Assembly: GCA_030264375.1 (NCBI GenBank)
Contig: JASCQW010000098.1
Coordinates: 57,420,860 to 57,484,859 of the forward strand
Reading direction: 5' to 3'
Source: Carcharhinus longimanus
Taxonomy: Eukaryota
Length of the DNA stretch: 64,000 nt
The position numbers were made by a program, and so were the translations under genes. Of the stretch, positions 13,400 to 25,689 are shown piece by piece. Under the pieces are notes generated by a model. It was not told where the DNA came from. It saw nothing but the letters and a program-made list of their open reading frames with translations, and ran no database searches. Position 1 is the first letter of the stretch; the number at the start of each line of letters is the position of its first letter.

Positions 13400-13850
13400 G
13401 TTTTTATTCATTTATGAGTGTTGGGTGTCGCTGGCTAGCTCAGCATTTATTGCTCATCCCTAATTAGATTTGAGAAAGTGCTCGTGAGCTGTCGCCTTGA
13501 ACTGCTGGAGTCCATGTGATGTAGATAGACCAACACTGCTGTTAGGGAGGGGGTGTTAAGATTTTGACCCAGAGACAGTGAAGGACTGGCGATTATATAT
13601 TTCCAAGTCAGGATAGTGAGCGACTTGGAGGGTTCTCCCAGGTGATAGTGTTCCGATGTGTCTGTGACCCTTGTCCTTTCAGATGGCGCATTCATGGATT
13701 TGGAATGTGCTGTCCAGGGGACATTGAGTTCCTGCTGTACATTTGTAAATAGTACATACTCCTGCTACTCTGCGTGGAAGGAGTGAATGTTTAGGTTGGT
13801 GAATGGGGTGCCAATCAAATTGGTTTTGTTCTAGATGGTGTTGAGATTCC
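13400..13850 (-). mobile_element. LINE 3' end whose tail is shared with the tRNA-SINEs at 39425 and 53905
   Basis: Reverse tail gcaataaatgctg...ccagcgacacccaac...ataaatgaataaaa. A similar piece lies at 45945-46160. Confidence 0.65.
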
Positions 13851-13859
13851 CAAAGGGAG

Positions 13860-14805
13860 GGAGATGACAACAGCCATCTATAGGCCAGTTAGCTTAACAT
13901 CTGTAACTGGGAAAATGTTGAGTGTCGGTTAAAAGGATGTAGTAGCAGAGCATTTAGAAATACATAACATAAGCAAGCAGGGTCAGCATGACTTCATGAA
14001 TGGGAAATCATGACTGTCAAACTTATTCAAATTCTTTGACGTGGTAGCGAACAGGAGAGATAGAGAGGAACCAGTAGGTATAATGTACTTGAATTTCCAA
14101 AAAGCATTCAATAAGGTACTGCACAAAAGGCTGCTTAAGATAAGAGACCATGGTGTTGGGGGTAGTGTATTAGCACGGATAGAGGTTTGGCTAACTAATA
14201 GAAAATTGGGTTAAGGGGGCATTTTCAGGATGGTAATCTGTAACTAGGGGAGTGCCATAGCGATCAGTGATGGGGCCTACAATATATGTTAATGACTTGG
14301 GTGAAGGTAGTATTGACATTAAAAATAGGCCGGAAGTCAAGTGGTGAGGATGACAAAGTCTATAGAGAGGTATACACAGATTAAAAGAGTGGACAAAAAT
14401 TTGGCAGATGGAATATAATGTGACGTTATGCACTTTGGTTGGAAGAATAAAAGAGCTGAATCTTATTTCGATGGAGAAAGACTACAGAAAACTGCAGCAC
14501 AGAGGGATTTGAAGGTCCTTGTGCATAAATCACAAAACACTAGCATGCAAGTTCAGTAGGTAATAAGGAAGGCAAATGGAATCTTGACCTTTATTTCAAA
14601 GGGAAAGGGAATATACAAGGCACTAGTTAGACTTCACCTGGAATACTGTGAACAGTTTTGGTCCCCTTTTCAAAGGAAATATATATTGACATTGAAGGGA
14701 ATTCAGTGAAGTTTCAAGAGGTTGATCCCGGGTATGGAGAGATTTTGTTATGAAGAGAGATTTAAGCTAGTTGGGCCTGTACCCCTTGAGTTTAAAAGAA
14801 CAAGA
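13860..14805 (+). mobile_element. CR1 ORF2 RT-region fragment
   Basis: YRPVSLTSVTGKML, YLNFQKAFNKV and LVRLHLEYCEQFWSP. Confidence 0.85.
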
Positions 14806-14809
14806 AGTG

Positions 14810-16825
14810 GATGGGACAGGAAAGAAGGCCTGAGATAGGTTAGAGCTAAAGAAAGATTGACAAAAAATGTCATGGACGTAAGACAAAGTGTATATTAATG
14901 GTGGCATTAAGGATTGAAAATGGTGCTAATAGTGGCATAAAGGTAAGATAACAGGTTGTGTCAACAGGAGAACAAAGGTCAGTGCTCAGTGGAATCAAAA
15001 CTGAAAAGCAAAAGACAGATGGACCGATGGGGAAGGAGTAGAATTGTACTGGGGCAAACCAAGGGGACAGAAAGGGGGGTTAAGACAGACGGGAAAGTCC
15101 AGACTATCTTTGAACTCAGAAGTTGAAGTCCAGAAGGCTGTAATGCACTTAGTCAGTTGAATTTGCATTGGGCATCACTGGGGCATTGCAGCAGGGCAAA
15201 TATGGACACCTGGCATGAGGATATGATGCTGAGGTGAAATGACAAGTTGATTGGTTGGGGTCATACTTGCAGACAGAGCAAAGGTGTTCCGCAAAATGGG
15301 CCACCCAATCTGCATTTAGTCTCCCCTATGTAAAGAAGTCTGCATTGGGAACAGCAAATACAGTAGATTATTGGTTCTCAACCTGTGGTCCACAAGGGTG
15401 TTGTAGATGATCCATGGAGGGGAAAAAGAACCGAATATGCGTACCTAATATGTACCATATTCAATGTTACAGTATTATCTGCAATGGAATTGATGGATCA
15501 AAATGTGTAGGAGTTGGCACAAACGGAGCCCATGCAATTTTAGGCCAACACAATGGGGTTGTTAAATGTGTAAGAGCAGTGCTCTGCAAGCAACATCCAT
15601 AGGGAGGTGTTAGCAACAAAGAGAATGCCTGCTTATCTCATGACTGTTTTGGTGGAAGTGGTTAAAACAGTTACTTTTATCAAGGTCTGTCCACTGAATT
15701 TGTGAATATTTGCAGTTCTATGTGATGAGATGGGCAGTAATCACAATCAACTACTTCTGCACAATGGAGTCCACTAGTTTTTCCAAGGAAAGCGGCTCTC
15801 GCGTCTTTTCGAGTTGCATGATGAAATGAGAATTTTTTTACTTAAAGTTTGAGATCTCAGTTTGTGATTCTATGTCTTGCCAAATTAGCATATATAGCAG
15901 ATATTTTTGATCACTTAAACAGCCTCAATCTGATGTGCAGGATTAAGAAATCCATTTGCGAGCCTTTGAGGACATTGATATCCTTAAGAGAACAAGACAG
16001 CCTTGTGGAACTGTCCAGTGACAGTGCTTCATAGCTGGACTTTCCTCAGAACTACCTGACTGACTTGTTGCTTAAAGTTGCTTCACAGTAATCAGACTGT
16101 CTGACAAGGCAGTAAAGTTACTGATACCTTTTCCTGCAACCTACCTTTGCAAAAGTGAATTTTCAGAGCTTGTCACATTGAAGGCCAGATATCAGAATCA
16201 ACTTAACGTGGAACCAGATCTCTGATTGAGATGGTCATCCCTGGACACTGACCGTTTGACATCTGAAAAACAAGATCGGCCATTTCATTCATTTAAGCAT
16301 TAACTGTTTCCACTGCTAAGCCTACTGCAGGTAAGTGTACTGTGACGAGTGTAATATATTTGTGAGTGTACATAAACTATTAGAAATAGCTCGTTTTTAA
16401 TAGCCTTTGAGATATACATTTGACTCACGTCAGCCATAGACAATGTTAAAAAAATGTTTAATACGGTTTGCGTACGTTGTGGTCTGCAAAAGCTTTTGAT
16501 GATGATCTGTTGGTCCACATAAAGGAAAAGGTTGAAACTGCTGCGGTAGACCAAATTCAGGGAGGTGCAGATTAAATATTTAATCACCTGAAAGGAGTGT
16601 TTGGGGCTTTGAGCGGTGAGGAAGGAAAAGGTAAAGAGCAGGTGTTGCACCTTCTGCAATTGCATGGTGCTGTGAGAAGTGGATGAAATGGAGGAGTGGA
16701 CCAGGGTGTAACAGAGGGAATGACCCCGATGGAATGCTGATCGGAGGGGGATGAGGGGAAGATATGTTTAGTGCTGGCATCATGCTGGAGTTGGCGTAAG
16801 TAGTGGAGGGTGATCAAAGAACAAT
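14810..16825 (-). mobile_element. Penelope-like element, GIY-YIG endonuclease region, split by a hAT insertion
   Basis: The joined minus-strand reading gives PCNCRRCNTC...KHSFQV...CTSLNLVY|CICCSQCRLLYIGETKCRLG..FAEHL. Confidence 0.82.
15369..16543 (+). mobile_element. Internally deleted hAT (Buster/Charlie-type) transposon
   Basis: TIRs tattggttctcaacct and aggttgaaactgctg. 8-bp TSD cagTAgat / cggTAgac. Remnants CVGVGTNGAHA, KLAYIADIF and LLIPFPATYLCKSEFS. Confidence 0.85.
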
Positions 16826-17072
16826 ACAGCACAGGAACAGCCTTTTGGCCCTCCAGGCCTGCGCCGCTCATGAGCCCAACTAGACCATTCGTTTGAATCC
16901 CTCTAATAATCCCAGTCTGTTCATGTGGCTATCCAGATAAGTCATAAACGATCCCAGCATGTCTGCCTCAACCACCTTGCTTTGGTAGTGCATTACAGGC
17001 CCCCACCACCCTCTGTGTAAAATATGTTCCCCTGACATCTGTGTTGAACCTTGCCCCCCTCACCTTGAACTT
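16820..17072 (-). mobile_element. CR1 3' end
   Basis: KFKVRGARFNTDVRGTYFTQRVVGACNALP followed by the 3' tail. Confidence 0.88.
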
Positions 17073-19979
17073 NNNNNNNNNNNNNNNNNNNNNNTCTGTC
17101 TTTAAACTGCAGCCTGTCGGTTTAGTTTCTTGCCCAATTGTCCCAGAGTGCTTTACAAAACACCATTTTAGCTGACCCGTTTGGCTACAGGGGTTTGGAC
17201 ATCCATCATGAAGAGGAGGCAGGTGGGCCATTGTTGATTTGACATTGGGCATTGGAGGAATCACAGATGTAAGTGGGAAGGGACTGCACAAGATGAGCAA
17301 GAATGGAATTGAGATGGGATGAAATTAATTCAGTGCAGCAGGACAGATACTGGATAAGGACCTATAAGAGGCTTCATTTGCCCACACCTGAAGCAGGTTT
17401 ATTTGTGCAACTACTGTCCTTGGTCCCAGTCACAACAACTTTGGCTAATTTTGACTCTCACCACACCCCAATCATAGCTATCCATTGACCCAACTTTTTC
17501 TCCCAAGACCTTTCCCCTCATCATTGGCCCTCTCTGATCTGTTTTGTTTTCTGGCCTGGACTTGCTTGCAGAGGCTGCGGCACCACCACCAGCAGCCCTA
17601 TCATCCTTCTGCCTTCACTAGAGAGCCTCTCCTGTTACATGGCTTCATGTAAATTATGAGGTCCAATATCTGTGATCCCTGGGTATTCAAAATCGAGTAC
17701 GCCTGAATTTCCACACCAGTAACCTCATGACCAGCCTATCCTGGAAACATCTCTTTTGGATCTTTTATGCTTGGGTGACCAACACTCAGAAAAAAAAATT
17801 AGCAATGTTTTGACAGTGTTCAGAACGAGCAGGTAGGCAAAACTGTTGTTGCGTTGGGGGGGAATCCTGTCCTATTTTTCCCTGGCAAAGCCTGATTCTA
17901 CCTAATTCTGTACAGAATAAAATCACTTCCAATCCTTCATTGTTCAATTTTTTTCTTCTTTGTTGACGGTGCCAACAGTGATGTTATCGCTCAGAAAACA
18001 GTTTTTTTGCTGTGATATCAGGCAGGTCCAACTTTGAAGCTTCATTTTTACTGGTGAAATTTTGGCAACACAGTTATTTTGCACCAAATTCAAGAAGATG
18101 ACAGGTTTTACTCCTGTAACATTCAAACAGGGTGATTTTGAGTGATCAGAATGAATAAACAAAAGCAAAGAGACTGCTCATCAATAACTGTGGTATTCTC
18201 TTTGCATGTGCATTTTCTTTTCCTTTGCTGACGTTTAATTTAAAAGCATTGTAAGAGGTATCGTGAGCGAAAGTTGTCCTGAGCTTGGATGATAAAATTA
18301 TGTTCAGAGCACAGTGGCATTTAAATGTTTTGCAATTCCCAGTTCTTCCTAAACTTTAATTTGAACAAAAAGCATAGCCATGAGAATGTGTAGAGGAAGC
18401 ATTTGCGAGAGCAATGATTTTCATTTCATGATGCTACTCCATTGTAGTAAATCAAATCTCAAAGTATAAAGCAAAGTTTCAAAACAAATATTTTCCTCTA
18501 CCATTTACCATGTTTTACTGTTGTGGTAAACATATTGGGTAGAAAAGTGAAGAGGTGGCGGCAGGAACAAAAGTGGTATACATTGTTAACAGAATAATAT
18601 AAAGCTCCTTCTGTCTTGATTAAATTTGGAGGGTGTTTTCATTCTGTTGTTGGAGATGGGCTCATTTAGTGTAGCAAACTAATTAGTCAGTATAAATTGG
18701 GTATTATTACAAGTGGGAGAGAGACAGACAAAACCCCCGAATTCTTGTAAACCTTCAATCCACAATCAGAGCAGTTTAATTTTGATAAGGCTGAGATGCA
18801 AGTGGGTAAGCAGAGCTGAGTCCATTAAACAGTTCAGCCATGATCTTATTGAATGGCAGAGCAGGCACGAGGGATCAGATGGCCTACTCCTTCTAGTTCT
18901 TATGCATTTCCCAAACCGTAACTGAGTAGTAAGTACAAAATCATTACCTGCAAACTTTTTTGGATTTTAAACCAATAGCATTATTTTTCACATACTTTCC
19001 TGGGAACCTTCACTATTATCCCTGCAGACCATGGACACAAGAAAGATGCAATCAGAGGCCACATTTCTCTTTTACAAATATTAGAATGAAACTCTATAGT
19101 TACAGTTCTCTCACAGGTGTGAAGGGTTCTTCCACTCAGGAGTTGATCCAGATCAGTCCAGGTAGCTGAAGACCAGATTTTGTTAAGTTTCCTTTAGGAT
19201 GAGATGTGCAATAAGTTGAGACAGGCTGCCTCGCTAATACTTGTAGCCAGACGACCAGTTTGCTTTTTCCAAGTGAATTTNNNNNNNNNNNNNNNNNNNN
19301 NNNNNNNNNNNNNNNNNNNNNNNNNNNNNNNNNNNNNNNNNNNNNNNNNNNNNNNNNNNNNNNNNNNNNNNNNNNNNNNNGCTGCCTCGCTAATACTTGT
19401 AGCCAGACGACGAGTTTGCTTTTTCCAAGTGAATTTAGAACCTTTGAGAGAACATGTTTCAAGGAGGTTTCAAACTTGAAGTCTTGTGATTTGATTAAAA
19501 AGCTAGGTACTAATAGCCAGGTTTCTGTCGTCTGCATTCTGCAGTTCACTATCTGCAAGCAAACAGGACATATAATTTAAAAACGCTTTTAGAAAGGATT
19601 TTGGTCAGGTGATAAACGGCCATCAATACATGATGGAAGTAATCAGTCTGTTCATAATAACAGTAGATTTCATTTCCTATGGTCAAAATCATTATCATAC
19701 AATGGAGGCAGATAGGAATTCTTTGCACTTCCATGTGCATAATTGGTATCAGTGACTTCTTTATTACCAGGCCGTTCTGGAATAGGTTGTCTGAAGCTTT
19801 ATTGTCCTTGCTGTTTTGGGGTGAGTCTTGACGATGGCAGGTGTGACATTCCACAAGAATTGTACTCCATTTTTTGGAAGCTTGGCCAACTTGCAGTTCC
19901 AAAAGTCAGGTGGTCTCCTGGTAACCATTTTAAAAGTCCAATAATTTCCATTTTGAAAGTGTAGTTAGAACCTTGGCCT

Positions 19980-20305
19980 TTAGTGCAGAAGGAGGCCATC
20001 CGGCCCATTAGATCTGCACCAACTCTCCGAAAAAGCATTGTACCAGAACTGTCCTCCTGCCCTATCCTCATAACCATGCACATTTGCCAAGGCTAATCCA
20101 CCAAAGCTACACATTTTTGGAAACTAAGGGGCAATTTAGTATGACCAATCCACCTAATTTGCACATCTTTGAACTATGGGACAAAACTGGGGCAGCCAGA
20201 GAAAACCCACATGGACACAGGAGAACATGCATATTCCACTCACCCGACTGGAATTGAACTCAACTGCATGGCACTGAGGCAGCAGTGCTATCCATTGTGC
20301 CATTC
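19980..20305 (-). mobile_element. HE1/V-type SINE with CR1-like tail
   Basis: Reverse-strand tRNA-like head (gaggcagcagtgcta...tgtgcca), V-domain and tail. Confidence 0.85.
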
Positions 20306-20409
20306 CTCTGGATGTCCTTAAAATAACTCTGGGTAATAAATCCTGCTTTTCTAGTGTTGCTGATATCCTAAAAACACATTTAAGGCAGGCCATGTTTAAG
20401 TAATTTGCT

Positions 20410-21475
20410 GGAATTCTTTGAGAACCTTGCATGTGTGGTTTTACGGGTAATGTATTAACATGGATAAAGGATTCATTAACTAACAGAAAGCAAAGAGTGG
20501 GAGTAAATGGGTGTTTTTTTCTGGTTGGCGATCAGTGACTAGTGGTGTGCCTCAGGGATCAACGTTGGGACTGCAATTGTTTACGATTTACATAACTGAT
20601 TTGGAGTTAGGGACCAAGTGTTATGTCAAAATTCACAGGTGACACTAAGATGAATGGCAGAGCAAAGTGCAGAGAGCGCTGAAAGTCTGCAAAGGGATAT
20701 AGATAGTCTGAGAGTGGGCAANNNNNNNNNNNNNNNNNNNNNNNNNNNNNNNNNNNNNNNNNNNNNNNNNNNNNNNNNNNNNNNNNNNNNNNNNNNNNNN
20801 NNNNNNNNNNNNNNNNNNNNNNNNNNNNNNNNNNNNNNNNNNNNNNNNNNNNNNNNNNNNNNNNNNNNNNNNNNNNNNNNNNNNNNNNNNNNNNNNNNNN
20901 NNNNNNNNNNNNNNNNNNNNNNNNNNNNNNNNNNNNNNNNNNNNNNNNNNNNNNNNNNNNNNNNNNNNNNNNNNNNNNNNNNNNNNNNNNNNNNNNNNNN
21001 NNNNNNNNNNNNNNNNNNNNNNNNNNNNNNNNNNNNNNNNNNNNNNNNNNNNNNNNNNNNNNNNNNNNNNNNNNNNNNNNNNNNNNNNNNNNNNNNNNNN
21101 NNNNNNNNNNNNNNNNNNNNNNNNNNNNNNNNNNNNNNNNNNNNNNNNNNNNNNNNNNNNNNNNNNNNNNNNNNNNNNNNNNNNNNNNNNNNNNNNNNNN
21201 NNNNNNNNNNNNNNNNNNNNNNNNNNNNNNNNNNNNNNNNNNNNNNNNNNAGGATTGTGAATCAGTGGAAGTCCCTGCCCAGTGAAGCAATTGAGGCTAC
21301 TTCATTGAATGTTTTTAAGGCAAAGGTCGATAAATCTTTGAACCATAAAGGGATTAAGGATTATGGTGAGCGGGTGGATAAATGGAGCTCAGTCCATGAA
21401 AAGATCCACCATGATCTTATTGAATGGCAGAGCAGGCTTGAAGGCCTACTCCTGTTCCTAGTTCTTATGTTGTTT
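20410..21475 (+). mobile_element. CR1 RT and 3' end spanning a gap
   Basis: [19 protein letters not shown] and RIVNQWKSLP, then the 3' tail. Confidence 0.85.
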
Positions 21476-22496
21476 TAAAAAAGCATTTCCCAGTCATTCT
21501 TAATACTCTGTTATGAAACCTAAAAAAAGCATTAATTTCATATTAAGATATATTAAATGAGTTATGTTTGCAAATGTTCATTAGATACTTCCCAGAGAGC
21601 TGAGTAACCGTCCTGTTGTCTTTTACATTGTCAAAGTATGGAAGAGGAAAGATGTAATATTGTCAGCATCATCTGTGATGTTGGTGTAATCTTTTCCATT
21701 TGTAACTTCATCTAGAAGTCTTAAATTTCAAAATCTTGGAGGATATGGGTAATGTGACAAAACCTTAACTTGGGAGTAGTTTATTAAATGTTTCCAGCCT
21801 TTTTTAAAACAATAAATATCCTCTTTCATTTCAATGCACCTTCTAATTTTTCTGTAAAAGTATGCTGTTTAAATGTCCATTGTAAGGCAGTATTATTTGG
21901 CCACATTTGGAAATTAATTGAAGATGGAAATGTGGAATGCATTAAAATTTGACCAAGTACTAATTCAGTTTAAAAAAAGTGCATAATTTTTTTTGTTTAA
22001 AATGGAACTGGGAACTGCCCAGTATCTTACTGGCAGTGTATGGTGCTCAACAATATAAAAAGATGCTGTGTTTTTAATCTCATCTGTATTTGGTTAGTTG
22101 ATCATCTCTACCTTTTTCCCCCCCCCTCATTCTGCCCACTGCTGGCTTCTTATCTACAGGTTGGAGAAAATGAACGTTGATATTGGATCCCAGACAAAGA
22201 CATTATTCTAAATATATTCTGATTTTGGAATGAGGAGAAATCACTTAATGTGCCTTATTTTTAGCTCAGTCAAATTAAGGTGACATTAGGGTTTGGAGTT
22301 TTGTATCTGAGTGAGTTAAGGAACTGTTATTTTGAAAAATTTGGTTCCATTAAGACTAATTCCATGTAGTTCATTTTTCAATTTCAATGATTACAAATGC
22401 TAAAACTTGAAGCAGTGTTGTTCCAGCTCATCAGTTCTGTTCTCTATTACTATCACGTCAGCTGTGTTGTGATGCTATTCTGCCTTTAAAAAATGT

Positions 22497-22703
22497 GATG
22501 TGGAGGTGCTGGCATTGGACTGGGGTAGGTAAAGTAAGAAGTTTCAAACACCAGGTTGAAGTTCAACAGGTTTATTTGGAATCATGAGCATTTGGAGCGC
22601 TGCTGCTTCATCAGGTGACTCAACTAAGGAAGGAGCAGCACTCCAAAGGCTCGCGATTCCAAATAAACCTGTTGGGCTTTAACCTGGTGTTGTGAGACTT
22701 CTT
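22497..22703. mobile_element. Palindromic Penelope-derived insert, copy 1
   Basis: Inverted arms aagaagtttcaaacaccagg...tttatttggaatc and gattccaaataaacc...cctggtgttgtgagacttctt, with decayed hammerhead motifs at the centre. Confidence 0.75.
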
Positions 22704-22834
22704 CCTCTTTGCTGATGACTGCGCCCTGTATACTGGCTCAGCCTGAGATGCAAGTCAGTATGGACAAATTTTCCACGGCTTGTGACAACTTTGGACTTAC
22801 CATCAACATTAAAAAGACCGAAGTCATGCACCAG
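22696..22834 (+). mobile_element. RTE-clade LINE RT fragment (second copy of 23540-23674)
   Basis: FLFADDCAL...MQVSMDKFSTACDNFGLTINIKKTEVMHQ. Confidence 0.85.
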
Positions 22835-22934
22835 NNNNNNNNNNNNNNNNNNNNNNNNNNNNNNNNNNNNNNNNNNNNNNNNNNNNNNNNNNNNNNNNNN
22901 NNNNNNNNNNNNNNNNNNNNNNNNNNNNNNNNNN

Positions 22935-23160
22935 TCTGGAATTCTCTGCCCGTTGAGGTGGTGGAGGCTGCCTCGCTAAATATTTTTAAGACACGGGTTG
23001 ATGGGTTTTTGGTAGGCGAGGGGATTGGGGGTTATGGGGAGAGGGCGGGAATGTGGAGCTGAGACACGACAGATCAGCTATGATCTTGTTGGGTGGCGGG
23101 GCAGGCTCGAGGGGCTGGATGGCCTGTCCTGCTCCTATTTCTTATGTTCTTATGTTCTTT
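22935..23160 (+). mobile_element. Young CR1 3' end
   Basis: WNSLPVEVVEAASLNIFKTRVDGFL followed by a (ttcttatg)n tail. Confidence 0.88.
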
Positions 23161-23409
23161 CCTAGTTTGCCTATGTTGTTGTTCCAATGTGGACCACGAC
23201 AACTGGAAACTCCCCTCCCACTCCAGTATCTATGTCTTTTCTATAACAGGCTAAAAATGCACATGATACACCAAGTGCGGCCTCACCAACAACATCTACA
23301 GCTGTAATATAATTTCCTAGCACCTATATTCAGTGCCCTGACTGATGAAGGCCAGTGTGCTAAACGCCTTCTTCACCACCCTGCCTACCTGTGACATTGC
23401 TTTCAATGA

Positions 23410-24512
23410 ACTGTGTACTTGTACTCCTGCCTTCCAGGACAGTGTTGCTGGAATCAGCCTCAAGTACAGAGTGGTTGAGAAGCTCTTCAACCTGAGGAGA
23501 CTTCAAGCTATTACTGAAGTGAAGGAGACTGTTCTGAGAGACTTCCTCTTTGCCAATGACTGCGCCCTATACACTGGCTCAGAGCCAGAGATGCAAGTCA
23601 GTATGGACAAATTTTCCATGGCTTGTGACAACTTTGGACTCGTCATCAACATTAAAAAGACCGAAGTCATGCACCGTACGCAGAACCCATAATCACAGTC
23701 AAAGGGCAGAAACCACAGGCAGTGGACCAGTTCACTTATCTGGCAGCATCCTCTCCCAAACAGTGACTATTGATACAGAAGTTAACTGCAGAATAACAAA
23801 GGCAAGTTCTGCTTTCGGTCGACTGCACTCAAGGAATCAGCCCAGCAACAAAACTGAAGGTGTACAGCACTGCAGTACTCACTACCCTCCTGTATGCCTG
23901 TGAAACGTGGACTGTGTATCAAAGGCATGCAAGACAGCTCAATCATTTCCACATGACTTGTCTTCACAGAATATTATACATCAGATGGCAAGACAAAGTA
24001 CCAGACACTGAAGCTGTCTCTAGAGCAAGTCTACCATCAGTCCACACACCACTGATGAGAGCGCAGACCCGGTGGGCAAGTCGTGTCATCTGTATGTCAG
24101 ATGAATGCGAACCCAAGCAGCTCCTTTTTGGGGAACTCTCTGCTGGAAGACACTCACATGGAGGGTAGAAGAAACGTTTCAAAGACACGCTCAAGGCCTG
24201 TGAAGTTGCTTGATATCGACACGACCACCTGGGAAATGCTGGCACAAAACCGCCCTACCTGGCGCTACTTCATCCATAAAGGCTGTCAAGCTTACGAAGC
24301 AAGGTGTGTTGCTGAAGCACAACTTAAGCACGAGCTGCACAAGTCCAGAGTCACCAGCGCAACAACTACAGTGCTTACACAAGTCTGTCCAGTAAGTGCC
24401 AGGAAATTCCATGCCTAAATTGGCCTGATCAGTCATCTCCGGACACACCGCAACCAGCCTGAAAATGACTAATGGTGTTGAGGTCCTCATTGATGATGAA
24501 CGAACAGCAACA
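23410..24512 (+). mobile_element. RTE-clade (BovB-like) LINE, 5'-truncated
   Basis: KLFNLRRLQA, DFLFANDCAL, LLYACETWTVYQRH, PKQLLFGEL and a C-terminal C2H2-like end (GLISHLRTH). Confidence 0.9.
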
Positions 24513-25689
24513 CTTTAAGAAATGTATTTTTGATCATGTTCTCTGTGGTTTGTAAGCAAATCTGTTTTGTTTTTTTTTGTAATTGGCACTATGGTCTGTA
24601 GTAGCAATTTTATTGCTGCTTAAATGTTTTAAATGGGGTATTGTGTGCTTTTAATCTGGGCCTAATGCACTCTGTCTGGGAGTTTATGACTATTTGAATT
24701 GTTTTTGAAAGAATGATTGACAGGTCAGTTGGGACAGTTTTTTTCTCTCCCAAGACTACTTTTACTTTCAGTTTTGATTTGGCAAGTTAGAAGCTGTTGG
24801 ATTGTAGACTTAAAAGCAGTATTTTTGTGTCTATCCCTGGTATTAGTCTGGCTCATTGGAAGCAGCCTATCTTGTCTTCCTGCAGGCAAGCAGTGGCTCT
24901 GTCTCTACGTCGATCTGCTGTGAGCTGCAGAGTGCGGAAGTCAGTTTCAATTCTCTATCCAAAGGACCAATTCACAGCAGGTTGCAGACTAGAAATTCCA
25001 GCATGAGAGCATTCTGTGCTAAACCTGGGATGGTTGTATGTTTGAAAGTAAGTTTTGTTTGGTTAGAACAGAACAGTGAGCTGTTTATACAATATCATGG
25101 TTTTTTTTCTNNNNNNNNNNNNNNNNNNNNNNNNNNNNNNNNNNNNNNNNNNNNNNNNNNNNNNNNNNNNNNNNNNNNNNNNNNNNNNNNNNNNNNNNNN
25201 NNNNNNNNNNTCATGGTTTTTTTTCTTGTTCTGTAATTGGTAAAATTTATTGCTTATTTTATTTGTGTGGTATCTATTAAATAAACGTTGTTTGATAAAA
25301 GCTCCCTAGTGGGTCGTTTGAATCATACTTGAAGTGAAACATTTTATGCTTACCCACACCAAATTCAAGTGCAAACTTATGGTCTAGGCTGACTTCATAA
25401 GAAGTCTTGGAGTTTCTGACTTGGATTATAACAATGTGAAAATGTCTGAATGGATCTTAGGAGCGAGAGTAACCCATTCTGCTTCCTCACTCACCTTTGA
25501 ACCATCTCCTTTACCGACAAATATTTATTGATGTCAGTCTTTAAAATTTCAATTGAAACTGTTTAAACCTGTTCATAGTCCTGGACTACACCATGAGAGA
25601 AAATCTATATGGTGAAAAATGGATCCCCGGGGAATACTACGTCATATCCTGCCAGTCAGTGATTAAACTCTTTTTATGCCTGCAAAAAC

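Larger units (their letters stand above)
22465..25433. mobile_element. Candidate solo LTR split by nested insertions at 22497-24512
   Basis: Starts TGTTGTGA and ends TTATAACA, with AATAAA near 25279. No clear TSD was found. Confidence 0.45.

Noticed and set aside
17455-17490. HHTPII resembling the NARS2 motif 1 exon (HIHTPII)
   Set aside because: It is out of exon order, ends in a stop and lacks the SND.EGAGE continuation. The real exon is presumably upstream of the window.
19225-19436. 56-bp direct repeat on both sides of an N-gap (similar cases at 10168/10288, 25075/25211 and 60770/60901)
   Set aside because: Near-identical sequence abutting fixed-size N-gaps is typical of unmerged overlapping contig ends, not a biological repeat.
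20607-21478. Long ORFs of 227 and 274 aa
   Set aside because: Their length comes from reading through Ns, and the flanks are CR1.
22530-22703. Long hairpins as miRNA precursors or a CRISPR-like array
   Set aside because: They are dispersed, TSD-flanked, repeat-derived copies with no spacer-repeat periodicity, in a eukaryotic intron.
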